Shown here: positions 8,870 through 18,580 of the stretch, one piece after another | Position numbering within the stretch: position 1 is the stretch's first letter | Layout of the letters: every line of letters begins with the position of its first letter | Assembly: GCA_016217935.1 (NCBI GenBank) | Contig: JACRFJ010000021.1 | Coordinates: forward strand, 1-54,160 | Reading direction: 5' to 3' | DNA: 54,160 nt | Origin: Candidatus Kaiserbacteria bacterium | GTDB lineage: Bacteria; Patescibacteriota; Minisyncoccia; Phycocordibacterales; UBA2100 | Made by a program: the position numbers and the translations under genes | Notes under the pieces: generated by a model | The model's database searches: none | Seen by the model: the letters and a program-made list of their open reading frames with translations, nothing else | Told to the model about the DNA's origin: nothing

Positions 8870-10108
8870 ATGAGAGGGGAGATGAATATCAAATCCGTAC
8901 ATGTATACGGCACGGCGGCCGTCGTATTTTTTATCGGTGTCGCGATTGGCTTTGCGCTGTCCCAACACAACCTTGTGCCGGCAGTAGTACCGTCGTCGCG
9001 CATGCCCGAAGGCGTAGATTTTTCACCAGTCTGGCGTTCGTGGAATATCATCGATGAGAAATTTGTACCCGCATCCGTTGCGAGCACAACCGAAATCGCT
9101 ACATCAACCGACAAGGTTAATCAAAAGCGCGTTTGGGGCCTGATTCAGGGTCTCGCCGGGTCGCTCGATGATCCATATACCTTCTTCCTGCCGCCCTCGG
9201 AAAACCAGCAGTTTAGTGACGATATGAGCGGCCAATTTGAGGGTGTCGGCATGGAGATCGCGGTACGCGATCAGGTTCTCACCGTGGTGACTCCGCTCAA
9301 GGGAACGCCCGCGGAGCGAGCTGGCATCAAGAGCGGCGATAAGATTCTAAAGATTGATGGGGCTGATACCCGTGGCCTCGATGTCGAAGCGGCAATCAAA
9401 AAGATTCGTGGTCCAAAGGGTACCGCGGTGAAGCTCATGCTTGCACGAGAGGGGTGGAAAGAGCTGCGAGAAGTAAAAGTCGTACGTGACGTGATCAACG
9501 TACCAGCGGTCACCACAGAGAAACGCCCCGACGGTATATTCGTGATTGCTGTTGCGACCTTTACTTCCAACTCTCCCCAACTTTTCCGTGAAGCACTGCG
9601 CGAATTTGTGGAGTCCGGATCAACAAAATTGGTTCTTGATTTGCGAGGGAACCCAGGCGGTTACCTTGAGGCGGCGGTCGATATGGCGAGTTGGTTTCTA
9701 CCAGCTGGACGCGTCGTCGTCACCGAAGACTACGCCGGCCATTCACAAAATATCGTGCATCGTTCATCGGGCTACAACGTGTTCAACGAGAATTTGCGAA
9801 TGGTTATTCTCGTGAATCATGGGTCGGCATCGGCATCGGAAATTCTTGCTGACGCGTTGCACTACTATGGAGAGGCGAAGCTTGTCGGCGAGAACACATT
9901 TGGAAAAGGATCTGTGCAAGAACTCGTCGACATTACCGAGAACACCGCGCTCAAGATTACTGTCGCGCGATGGCTCGGACCCGATGGAGCCCAAATTCCA
10001 CTCTCCGGCATTCAGCCGGATGTAGAAGTCGTTCGGTCGGACAAAGATGTGGAAGAGGGGAAAGACCCTCAAATGGAAAAGGCAGTCGAGATATTGAAAG
10101 GAATGTAG
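8870..10108 (+). CDS. ctpA: S41 family C-terminal processing peptidase with PDZ domain
   Basis: N-terminal anchor, LDDPYT, FEGVG, DLRGNPGG, SASASE, FGKGSVQ. Confidence 0.93.
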   Translation: MRGEMNIKSVHVYGTAAVVFFIGVAIGFALSQHNLVPAVVPSSRMPEGVDFSPVWRSWNIIDEKFVPASVASTTEIATSTDKVNQKRVWGLIQGLAGSLDDPYTFFLPPSENQQFSDDMSGQFEGVGMEIAVRDQVLTVVTPLKGTPAERAGIKSGDKILKIDGADTRGLDVEAAIKKIRGPKGTAVKLMLAREGWKELREVKVVRDVINVPAVTTEKRPDGIFVIAVATFTSNSPQLFREALREFVESGSTKLVLDLRGNPGGYLEAAVDMASWFLPAGRVVVTEDYAGHSQNIVHRSSGYNVFNENLRMVILVNHGSASASEILADALHYYGEAKLVGENTFGKGSVQELVDITENTALKITVARWLGPDGAQIPLSGIQPDVEVVRSDKDVEEGKDPQMEKAVEILKGM

Positions 10109-10155
10109 CCAGCTATCCAGTTGCGGCTCGCCCTCTTCCAGTGTAGAAAGAGCCA

Positions 10156-10605
10156 ATGAAAGTAATACTCCTTAAAGATGTGGGGGGTGTAGGACAGCGC
10201 GATACTCTGAAGGAGGTGTCCGATGGACACGCGCTCAATTTTCTCATTCCTCGAGGATTCGCGGTACAAGCCACACCCGAGAAAGTGAAGGAGCTTACTG
10301 CGCGCAAAAATGCGGTAGCCACAGAAGTGGCAAGAATGCAAAAAGAATGGGAAGCGAGCGCCGCGAAAATACATGGCAAGCACATCAGGATAACGGCGAA
10401 GACAAACAGCCATGGCAGCCTCTACCAGCAGCTCACGCCTGAAATCATTGAGATTGCAATACGCGAACAGCTCGGCGTTGAAATTCCGCAAGACGCACTG
10501 ATTCTAAATGCACCCATCAAGTCGATAGGCAAATGGGATGTTGAAATTCAACACAATACGATCACTGCGCGATGCGTCGTGGACGTGAAGGGGAGCGAGA
10601 CTTAA
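10156..10605 (+). CDS. rplI: 50S ribosomal protein L9
   Basis: [11 protein letters not shown]......[14 protein letters not shown]. Confidence 0.95.
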   Translation: MKVILLKDVGGVGQRDTLKEVSDGHALNFLIPRGFAVQATPEKVKELTARKNAVATEVARMQKEWEASAAKIHGKHIRITAKTNSHGSLYQQLTPEIIEIAIREQLGVEIPQDALILNAPIKSIGKWDVEIQHNTITARCVVDVKGSET

Positions 10606-10874
10606 AGCACGTCGACCACTCGACGTGTGACAGTACGGCCATCGTAGTTGGTCTTGCGCTTGGCGCGGAAACGTACGATACCTTCGATGCGTGCAAAAAG
10701 CGTATGATCTTTGCCCGTACCAACATTTTTTCCAGCCATGATCGGTGTGCCGCGTTGTCGCACGAGAATTTCGCCAGTAGCAACTTTCTGGCCGTCCGCT
10801 CGTTTGACCCCGAGATACTTCGGATTTGAATCTCTCAGGTTTTTTGCTGATCCACCCGCTTTTGTATGTGCCAT
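10602..10874 (-). CDS. rpmA: 50S ribosomal protein L27
   Basis: [41 protein letters not shown]. Confidence 0.97.
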   Translation of the reverse strand: MAHTKAGGSAKNLRDSNPKYLGVKRADGQKVATGEILVRQRGTPIMAGKNVGTGKDHTLFARIEGIVRFRAKRKTNYDGRTVTRRVVDVL

Positions 10875-10877
10875 AAT

Positions 10878-10912
10878 CTAGCCACTAGTAACTAAGAAAT
10901 AGCCACTAGAAG
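10878..10912. repeat. Degenerate 7-nt tandem repeat
   Basis: ctagcca ctagtaa ctaagaa atagcca ctagaag. Confidence 0.6.
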
Positions 10913-10914
10913 AC

Positions 10915-11292
10915 ATGAGGAATATACAGGAATACTGGCTCAAAATCAAGGCAGGAGTCGACCTGACACTGAGCGAGTGGGGTCTTGCCGCAATCGTGCT
11001 TGCTTCGGTGCTTGCATCTTTCGGGCTCGGTCGTCTCTCTGCACAAATACAAGGGAAACCGCTTGTGCAGGTCCGACAGGCGAATGTCGCGGCTGCGCAG
11101 ATGGCGCTCGGAGGCCTCCTCGTCGCAGCTCGGACTGGAGATGTCTACTATTACCCATGGTGCACGGGGGCACAGAAGATTTCACCTCAAAACGAGCGTT
11201 GGTTCGAGAGCGAAGAAGCCGCGAAGCGTGCAGGGTATCACCCGGCGAAAAATTGCAAAGGAATGATCCAGCCTGGATCTGGTAGCCAGTAG
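10915..11292 (+). CDS. Membrane-anchored protein with an Ada-type metal-binding domain
   Basis: TM helix followed by YYYPWC...I...N..WFESEEAAKRAGYHPAKNC. Confidence 0.75.
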   Translation: MRNIQEYWLKIKAGVDLTLSEWGLAAIVLASVLASFGLGRLSAQIQGKPLVQVRQANVAAAQMALGGLLVAARTGDVYYYPWCTGAQKISPQNERWFESEEAAKRAGYHPAKNCKGMIQPGSGSQ

Positions 11293-11318
11293 CCTGTAGC
11301 TGTGACAGAATAGCAACC

Positions 11319-11912
11319 ATGATTGTTTTAGACGTCGAGGCTTCCGGGACAGAGGCGCACAAGCACTCGATCGTGAGTCTTGGAGCTCTCGACATCGCGC
11401 ATCCAAAGAATCGCTTCTACATGGAATGTCGTGTGTGGGATGGGGCGCACATCATGGACGAGGCTCTACAAGTGAACGGATTTACGAAAGCGCAGATCAC
11501 GGATCCCAAGAAGCCAAGCGAGGCGGATCTCACACACGAATTCTTGCGGTGGAGCGAAGGTGTCGAGGAACGCACGCTCGCGGGTCAAAATGTCTCTTTC
11601 GATCGCGATTTTCTGAAGGCTGCGGCCGAGAGGGCAGGGCATACCGACTGGCCCTTTGCCTACCGCACGATCGACACGCATACGCTCTGCTACATGCACA
11701 TGGTCGAACATGGATTGCAACCACCGGTCAAGCATCAAAGATCGGCACTCGATCTCGATGCGGTCCTCAATTACTGCGGAATTCCAGAAGAACCGACGCC
11801 GCACAATGCGATCACCGGCGCACTCTCGCATGCGGAGGTAATTGCGCGCCTCCTGTATAGCCGCAAACTGCTCCCGGAATTCGAAGAGTTCGATATTCCG
11901 TGGAAGAAATAA
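11319..11912 (+). CDS. DEDDh-type 3'-5' exonuclease
   Basis: LDVEASG (ExoI), GQNVSFDRDFL (ExoII), PHNA (ExoIII His). The last acidic residue is not obvious. Confidence 0.85.
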   Translation: MIVLDVEASGTEAHKHSIVSLGALDIAHPKNRFYMECRVWDGAHIMDEALQVNGFTKAQITDPKKPSEADLTHEFLRWSEGVEERTLAGQNVSFDRDFLKAAAERAGHTDWPFAYRTIDTHTLCYMHMVEHGLQPPVKHQRSALDLDAVLNYCGIPEEPTPHNAITGALSHAEVIARLLYSRKLLPEFEEFDIPWKK

Positions 11913-11915
11913 CCC

Positions 11916-12911
11916 ATGCAAGAAGGCCCGAAAACCAATAAAGGGGAGAGGGGACCCGACATGTCTCGCAGGAAATTCCTTCGCGGGCTCGGTGCCGGTG
12001 CCGCAGCTGTAGCCGTCGATGCGCTCGATCCGCTCGGTAAATATAAAGCTCTCGCGGGATTCGTTGCGCAGAGTAGGGAATCGGATCAGTATGACTACGA
12101 TCAGGTCGTAAAAGAAGCGAAAGCATACCTACGCGAGACGTACAACATCCACCTCGTTATGGGTGCCGACAAGGACCCGAACACAGCTGAGATTCTTGGA
12201 GAAAAGGTAGCCCTCGACAATTACAAACAGACAGTTCGTCTGATTGTTGAGGAGATACAGAGGTATCCGGCTCGAATGATTAAGAACGTGATGATGAACG
12301 GGCGGCCTCTTGAAATACGCGTAGTTCAGGTTTTAAACCTAAAGAAGGCATCTTTCACGGGACTTACGCGCGCCGCTGGTGTTGCATTCCACAGTGGGGG
12401 CAATCTTTTTGGAAAAGCGGAAAGAATAGGCCTCGATGCTACTGAAGACAGAAATTACCAACGACAATCAATTCACCATGAGCTGAATCACATGTTTATA
12501 GCCGGTGGAGGCAGGTTGCATCAGCAGCGTCGATGGATCGCAATGCACGCGAAACTCACAAAGACACCATATGTAAACGTCTTAGAGGACTTCGGTGTGC
12601 AGAAATCTCCCCAAGCATCAGTGAATACATCGCATGTCGCTTTTCTAGATTATTACGCTCGTTTGTCTTCGGGCGAGGATGAAGCCGTATGTGCGGAATA
12701 CATGTTCATGCCGCGCCTACATGTTGCATTCCGCGAGAAGATCCGCTCAGAAAGAGATCCACTCGTAAAAGAGGTTCTTCTTGCGAAATACAACGCAGTA
12801 AAAGCAGATTATCGCCTCTGGAGCAATGGAGAAATGGGCGATGCATTTTGGGACGAGATTTACCAAAAAGGCTTGAGCGAGAAAGAATCAATAAAAACTG
12901 TAACTCGCTAA
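11916..12911 (+). CDS. Twin-arginine-motif protein with a zincin-like HEXXH domain
   Basis: SRRKFLRGLGAGAAAVAV, IHHELNH, and downstream YA....EDEA. Confidence 0.7.
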   Translation: MQEGPKTNKGERGPDMSRRKFLRGLGAGAAAVAVDALDPLGKYKALAGFVAQSRESDQYDYDQVVKEAKAYLRETYNIHLVMGADKDPNTAEILGEKVALDNYKQTVRLIVEEIQRYPARMIKNVMMNGRPLEIRVVQVLNLKKASFTGLTRAAGVAFHSGGNLFGKAERIGLDATEDRNYQRQSIHHELNHMFIAGGGRLHQQRRWIAMHAKLTKTPYVNVLEDFGVQKSPQASVNTSHVAFLDYYARLSSGEDEAVCAEYMFMPRLHVAFREKIRSERDPLVKEVLLAKYNAVKADYRLWSNGEMGDAFWDEIYQKGLSEKESIKTVTR

Positions 12912-12920
12912 CGAGTATTT

Positions 12921-13421
12921 ATGTGGCTGCTCCGACGAATAGGTGCATACATCTCGATGTTTATCATCGACTATGCGCACGTGGGCCGCTATTGGCTCGC
13001 TCTCCTGCGCGGCGAGAAGGGGACACAGGGAGCGCGAATCATCATTGTCGACGATCGACGCGTCATACTTGTGAGCCATTGGTATGCTCCATGGGTGTGG
13101 ACGCTTCCGGGCGGGGGTGTAGGAAAAAATGAGACCCCGGAGGAAACTGCGATTCGAGAAGCGCGAGAGGAAACCGGATTTACAATTAAATCGATCGCGG
13201 GGATGATCGGCACATATACTGGTTCAATGGGGAAGAGAGACAAGGTCTCGGTCTATTACACGGGCGATTTTGACGGCTCACTCGCACTCACCCCCAATTT
13301 CGAAATCATGGCGCGCAGCTGGTTTGATATCGATAATTTGCCAGAAGAAATTTCTCCAGCAAATCGCCGTCGTATCGAAGCGTACCGCAATGGAGTGCGC
13401 GAAGAGAAAGGTGAGTGGTGA
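12921..13421 (+). CDS. NUDIX hydrolase
   Basis: WTLPGGGVGKNETPEETAIREAREETG. Confidence 0.92.
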   Translation: MWLLRRIGAYISMFIIDYAHVGRYWLALLRGEKGTQGARIIIVDDRRVILVSHWYAPWVWTLPGGGVGKNETPEETAIREAREETGFTIKSIAGMIGTYTGSMGKRDKVSVYYTGDFDGSLALTPNFEIMARSWFDIDNLPEEISPANRRRIEAYRNGVREEKGEW

Positions 13422-13431
13422 TCCAGTCTCT

Positions 13432-13600
13432 CAAAAAAACGGGTCCCCTCGCAGGGGAGAGAAGGGACCCCACTCCGCATCTTGCAGCGTCACCTTCCCA
13501 GAGGGGCAGACGCGGAGCGGGGCCGCAACGGCGACTGTGCCGTCACGCAATCACTGTAGACTTCGTAGAGATAGAGTCTAGACATAGACGTGGTGTAATG
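13432..13600 (-). ncRNA. Candidate structured small RNA (minus strand)
   Basis: Long stem ccccgctccgcgtctgc / gcaagatgcggagtgggg, then a gggtccc..gggacccg stem and a T7 tract on the minus strand. The 5' end is uncertain. Confidence 0.35.
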
Positions 13601-13698
13601 CGGCTTTCTTCACAATAGCCTATGTCGCACAATATGTGTTTTACGACATCATGTAGAACACTATCTCGAGCGCGGCTCAAATAATATACAATCAAAAG

Positions 13699-13826
13699 AC
13701 AGGAGCTCCCGGTCTTGATTCCTTTCTTCCGGGAGTCTCCTCGAGCACCTTGGGGTTCTTCAATTCCCCGCCGCGGACCCGTAGACGGCCACCACCTGGT
13801 CACTACAGCCTCCGCGGTTCTTTTTT
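13699..13826 (+). ncRNA. Candidate structured small RNA
   Basis: TACAAT at 13687-13692, three consecutive hairpins (aggagctcccgg/ccgggagtctcct; gggg/cccc; ccgcgga..gtag..ctac..tccgcgg), then ttcTTTTTT. Confidence 0.45.
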
Positions 13827-13840
13827 GATATACTGAGATG

Positions 13841-14007
13841 GATTCCAAACGCCGAAAGCATTCTGCCTAGGTGGCTTTGGACAAATGAAGGGGTCCCAGT
13901 TCCGACATCGCAAGGGCGTGACGCCCTTGGCGAAGGTGAATCTCGGAACTTGCCCGTAGAGGTCCCGCCCCGACGCTTACTGGATCGGGACCTCTCGGGT
14001 CTTTTTT
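13841..14007 (+). ncRNA. Candidate structured small RNA
   Basis: TATACT at 13829-13834, hairpins tccaaa/tttgga, gttccga..caagggcg/cgcccttg..tcggaac and cccg.agaggtcccg/cgggacctctcggg, then tcTTTTTT. Confidence 0.45.
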
Positions 14008-14014
14008 ACATACT

Positions 14015-14689
14015 ATGCTATACAGTCACAAAATTCGCGATTTGCTCTCACCTCACGAACAAAGACTTTTTCGGACGCTCAATAGTCCACAAAAAATCCA
14101 GAATTACCTTGATACCCTTCCGATCAATTTTGAGCTCAGCGGTGAGACGTATATGTCGCCGCGACGTGTAATGCAGGATAAAACGGCGCACTGCATGGAA
14201 GGTGCTTTGTTTGCGGCAGCGGTACTTGCGTATCACGGCGAAAAGCCCCTGCTCTTAGATTTACAGACGACACCTGAAGACGAAGACCACGTCGTTGCTC
14301 TGTATATCCAGGAGGGACGCTGGGGAGCGATCAGTAAGACTAATCACGCCATTCTTCGGCACCGTGATCCCGTGTACCTCTCGGTGCGCGAACTCGCCAC
14401 TTCGTATTTTCACGAATACATTCACGTGAGCGGCAAAAGGACTCTCCTAGCTTTCTCCGCGCCCTTTGATCTGAGACGCTTTGCGCCCGAGAAATGGGTG
14501 ACAGCTGAAGCGGATCTCGAATGGATGGTCGAGAAGCTCGATTCGAGCAAACACTTCCCTATCGCGCCAAAGAAAAATCTGCAACTCATACGCAAAGCAT
14601 CGGGCATAGAATTGCGTGCGAGCGAAATCACTGAGTGGTCCCCGAGAGCGCCTCGTACAGGTGCGGGTGAACGTAGGAAGAGGCGTTAG
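14015..14689 (+). CDS. Conserved hypothetical protein, possibly transglutaminase-like
   Basis: 224 aa with AHCMEGALFAAA, DEDHVVAL, WGAISKTNH and SYFHEY. The Cys/His arrangement suggests a papain-like catalytic site. Confidence 0.7.
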   Translation: MLYSHKIRDLLSPHEQRLFRTLNSPQKIQNYLDTLPINFELSGETYMSPRRVMQDKTAHCMEGALFAAAVLAYHGEKPLLLDLQTTPEDEDHVVALYIQEGRWGAISKTNHAILRHRDPVYLSVRELATSYFHEYIHVSGKRTLLAFSAPFDLRRFAPEKWVTAEADLEWMVEKLDSSKHFPIAPKKNLQLIRKASGIELRASEITEWSPRAPRTGAGERRKRR

Positions 14690-14712
14690 TGACTCGACAT
14701 CATGCTCACCAT

Positions 14713-15990
14713 TTAGAAATAACTCATCGGGTTGAGATAGCCCGATATAGGCACGATCGGCATAGTGGCACCCGAGCACGCGGTCGATTGTTTGGTCGCA
14801 TCACCGAGTCGCATTATCTGTGTTGCTGCGGAGACATACACTCCGAAGTGCAAGTGCGGTCCCGTCGCGTAGCCGGTTTCCCCGCTAAAGCCGAGAACCT
14901 GTCCAGTTGCAACGGCCTCCCCTGCCGTCACATTGATCTGTGTGAGGTGGGCATACATCGTATTCAGACCATTGCTATGCTTCACCATCACCCATTTGCC
15001 GAAAGAATAGCATCCTCGCACAGAATCGGTGTTCCCGCTCCCGAGGATAGTGCCGCTCAGCGCCACTTTCACCGGTGTACCAATAGATGCCGCAAAGTCG
15101 ACACCGTTGTGGCCTTTACCGTTGTACGCACCCGACATTGCGAAGGGCGTATTACCGAAATACTGCGTGATGCGGACGTTGTCGAGCGGATAGCGCAAGA
15201 TGCCTCTTCCCGCCGCTGGAATTTGATCGGGGCTCACGGTAAACTGTAATTTTGATTGTAGATTTTGGAGCGCCTGTTCAAAGCTCTGTTCCTGAGCGCG
15301 TTTTTGTGCAAGGATCTGCTGGTAGGTTGATTCCTGTGATTTGGTTTGTGCCAGGAGGTCATTCTGTGCTTTCCGCGTAGCGTCGAGCGATCCTTGCTGG
15401 ACGCTCAGCGTCTTTTGCTGTTTGAGAAGCTCCGCACGCTTATCTTCCGCGGTCGCTTTCGTTTGCGAGAGCGACTGCTTCTCAGTTGCGAGTCGTCCAA
15501 TATCATCGTGCACTGCGTCTTGAAGCGATCCCATTTGATTGACATCTTCCCACGCATTCGACATGTTTTCAGATGCAAGGATCGCGTTCACCAGCGATCC
15601 CCCCTCTGTCTCACGAAGTTTTCTCAGAGTTTCGCCGAGCGCCGCGCGGTTGCCCTCGATCGAGGTCTGTTTTTGCGCGATTCCTTTTGAAAGCTGCTGA
15701 ATCTGCAGTTCAGTCGAGCGGATTTTGTTTTTTGTGACATTGATCGACGCAGTAATCTTTTTACGCTGGAGATCCAGCTGGCTGATTTTATTTTGCAACG
15801 TACTCTTCTGCTTGGTTGTCTCGTTGAGCTGTGTCTCGTACTGCGCGATTTCCTTATTCAGAAGAGTAATTTGTTTGTTGTGCTCGTCAATTTCGCTCTG
15901 AATTGCTTCGGCGGATTGTGCGCCGGACACAAAAGGAAATGCACCCAAGAGGCACGCAAGCGCGATGATAAAGAGTCGTCGAGAGTTCAT
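14713..15990 (-). CDS. M23 family peptidoglycan endopeptidase with N-terminal coiled coil
   Basis: Signal peptide, long coiled coil, HNGVD, YAHL, TGPHLHF. Confidence 0.92.
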   Translation of the reverse strand: MNSRRLFIIALACLLGAFPFVSGAQSAEAIQSEIDEHNKQITLLNKEIAQYETQLNETTKQKSTLQNKISQLDLQRKKITASINVTKNKIRSTELQIQQLSKGIAQKQTSIEGNRAALGETLRKLRETEGGSLVNAILASENMSNAWEDVNQMGSLQDAVHDDIGRLATEKQSLSQTKATAEDKRAELLKQQKTLSVQQGSLDATRKAQNDLLAQTKSQESTYQQILAQKRAQEQSFEQALQNLQSKLQFTVSPDQIPAAGRGILRYPLDNVRITQYFGNTPFAMSGAYNGKGHNGVDFAASIGTPVKVALSGTILGSGNTDSVRGCYSFGKWVMVKHSNGLNTMYAHLTQINVTAGEAVATGQVLGFSGETGYATGPHLHFGVYVSAATQIMRLGDATKQSTACSGATMPIVPISGYLNPMSYF

Positions 15991-17333
15991 GCGCTGAGCT
16001 TGCTTTGTGCCGTCTTGATCCTGCTGAGCGATTCTTCCTTGCCAAGCACCGAAAGAATTACAAAGGGATCGGGTGACTTTTCCTTGCCAGAGAGGGCGTA
16101 CCTAAGAGGCCACAGCACACTGCCGCGGCCTTTTTCTGATGCGTATGGCCAGATCACATTCTTTAGACGTGCGTGATCGGCATACTCTTTCATTTCGAGA
16201 GTGGCTAGTAATTCATGAACGCGGCCCAAGTGCTCGCGCGCTTCCTCGGAGCTTGTGGCTTTTTGGGGAATCTTCCTGGGATCGAGCTGCGGGAGCTTGA
16301 AATAGTAATCGAACTCACCTGCCTCGATGAGTTCTCGGAGATCATTGATCGTTGCAATGCGCTCGCGAATAATAGGCAGCAGCTTCTCGAAAATTGAAGT
16401 ATCGATTTCGATTCCTCGTTGTTTGAGAGCCCTGTCAAGTTCCGGAAGAATGTAATCGGTAAAAGTCGATTGCGACATACGATCCATATGCGCACGATTG
16501 AACCACTTGAGCTTTTCGAGATCGAAAATTGCACCTCCTTTGTGAACTTTCTCGATGCTAAACTCTCTGATCAATTCTTCAAGTGTGTAGAGCTCTCGGT
16601 CGTTGCCAGGATTCCATCCGAGCAGTGCGAGATAATTGACGATTGCGCTCGGCAAGAATCCCATCGCACGGTATTCAGCAAGTGACGTCGCGCCATGACG
16701 TTTTGAAAGTTTCGTGCGATCGGGGGCGAGAATGAGCGGAATGTGTGCGTACTCCGGACGGGTAAACCCGAGTGCTTCAAGAATGAGGATTTGGCGTGGG
16801 GTATTGGATATGTGATCTTCGCCACGGATCACGTGCGTCACGCCCATTTCGTGATCATCGATCACGACGGCCAGGTGGTAGAGGGGCTCATCGATACTGC
16901 GGCCGATAACGAAATCCTTCAGCTCACTCGTGTCGAATGTGACATCGCCGCGCACGTGATCCTTGAACGTGATGGAAGCATTCGGGTTCTTGAAGCGAAT
17001 GACCTTCTGAGAGGGATCGTCCTTCCCTTCCTCTGCCTCGTACGCATGACCTTTTTCGAGGAGACTTTTGATGTGTTTCCGGTAGATGTCTCCTCGCTCT
17101 GATTGGCGCACGATCTCGGAATCCCCAATTGGGATGCCGAGCCATGCGAGACCATCGAGAATGTCATTTTCATATTCCTTCTTGATTCGCTCGCGATCAG
17201 TGTCCTCGAACCGAAAATGCATGACACCCTTCTGATGAGCGGCAAACAAATAGTTGAAAAGAGCGGTTCGCGCACTTCCGATGTGGAAGAGGCCAGTGGG
17301 TGACGGCGGGAAGCGGGTGATAACTGTGCTCAT
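15987..17333 (-). CDS. gltX: Glutamate--tRNA ligase
   Basis: TRFPPSPTGLFHIGSART, RFEDTD, VIRGEDH, KLSKR. Start set at ATG 17333. Confidence 0.96.
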   Translation of the reverse strand: MSTVITRFPPSPTGLFHIGSARTALFNYLFAAHQKGVMHFRFEDTDRERIKKEYENDILDGLAWLGIPIGDSEIVRQSERGDIYRKHIKSLLEKGHAYEAEEGKDDPSQKVIRFKNPNASITFKDHVRGDVTFDTSELKDFVIGRSIDEPLYHLAVVIDDHEMGVTHVIRGEDHISNTPRQILILEALGFTRPEYAHIPLILAPDRTKLSKRHGATSLAEYRAMGFLPSAIVNYLALLGWNPGNDRELYTLEELIREFSIEKVHKGGAIFDLEKLKWFNRAHMDRMSQSTFTDYILPELDRALKQRGIEIDTSIFEKLLPIIRERIATINDLRELIEAGEFDYYFKLPQLDPRKIPQKATSSEEAREHLGRVHELLATLEMKEYADHARLKNVIWPYASEKGRGSVLWPLRYALSGKEKSPDPFVILSVLGKEESLSRIKTAQSKLSA

Positions 17334-17334
17334 A

Positions 17335-18477
17335 TCATAGAGGCTCGTGCTCGAGCGCGGTTTCGACGAGTAAGCGAGCGATTTTCTGCGCAGCCTGTGG
17401 GCGGGCAAATTCGCGAGCCGCAGCAGACATTTTTGCTCTGAGTGCCGCATCACCAATCAGACGATCAATTTCGGCGACAAGCACATGCGGAGTAAGATTG
17501 CGCTGCTCGATCACTACTGCTGCCCCTGCGCGTGCAAAAGAAAACGCATTTTCGGTTTGATCATGCGAGACATCTTCCGGAATCGGTACGAGGATGCTCG
17601 GCAGTCCCCACGACGCTATTTCGAAAATAGTACCACTCCCCGCCCTTGCAATGATGAGGCTGGAAATACCAGCGGCCATGCGCAGTGCAAGTGTATTTAA
17701 AAGTCCGAATGCTCGATAATGCTCGGAAAATCGAGAATCTTTGAGCACTACTTTTGCGATGCCGGAAACTTCTTCGAGATTTACGGTACCGGCCTGATGC
17801 ACGACATTGTATCTTGTCACCAAATCGGGAAGCGAGTCGAGAACAGCTTCATTGATAGCACGGGCGCCCTGGGAACCTCCCATGATGAATATTGTCGGCA
17901 CTGAAGGATCGAGTTTAAGAAATTCATGACCGCCTTCTTTTGCAGGCGCTTCTATTTCCTTGCGAATCGGGTGTCCGATACGTGCGATCTTATGGCGGAC
18001 ACGTTCGGGAAATTGTGCTGCGGCTTCCGGATGTGCGACCCCGATCCATCGCGCGAATTTCGCCGACCAGAGGGTTACTCGCCCTGGGGTTGCATCCGCG
18101 TCGTAGGTCACCACCGGAATTCTAAGAAGACGTGCCGCATAAAGCGTTGGAAAGGCTGCAAATCCACCCGTAGAGAAGATTACATCCGGATAAAGTCCAT
18201 AGAGCTGAAAAAGGCTCCGTATTGTGCCCAAAAACGTTTTAAAGAGATCGAATACATTGAAAATACTCGCATACCTGCGGACGCGACCTGCGGGAGAGGC
18301 GCGGTAGATGATGTCATGCTCGAGGAGTGCCGCGGCGTCAAATGGCTCTGGGCCGACGTAGACGAGTTCTGGCTCTATTAACGTACGCTCACGGCAAATA
18401 TCTTCGATCGCTTCAGCGACCGCGATGAGCGGATAGAAATGTCCACCGCTTCCTCCACCCGTGAGCACGATACGCAT
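17335..18477 (-). CDS. murG: Lipid II GlcNAc transferase MurG
   Basis: TGGGSGGHFYP, STGGF, GGSQGA, RAGSGT, HDQTENA. Confidence 0.95.
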   Translation of the reverse strand: MRIVLTGGGSGGHFYPLIAVAEAIEDICRERTLIEPELVYVGPEPFDAAALLEHDIIYRASPAGRVRRYASIFNVFDLFKTFLGTIRSLFQLYGLYPDVIFSTGGFAAFPTLYAARLLRIPVVTYDADATPGRVTLWSAKFARWIGVAHPEAAAQFPERVRHKIARIGHPIRKEIEAPAKEGGHEFLKLDPSVPTIFIMGGSQGARAINEAVLDSLPDLVTRYNVVHQAGTVNLEEVSGIAKVVLKDSRFSEHYRAFGLLNTLALRMAAGISSLIIARAGSGTIFEIASWGLPSILVPIPEDVSHDQTENAFSFARAGAAVVIEQRNLTPHVLVAEIDRLIGDAALRAKMSAAAREFARPQAAQKIARLLVETALEHEPL

Positions 18478-18580
18478 CCGAGTATTTTACCCTGTTTTTT
18501 GCCCCCAAAAAACAGAGCCCACAGCTTATAGGCTATGGGTCTTATTCGCGCACCGTTCTTACTCATGCGCGAGGCTGCCT

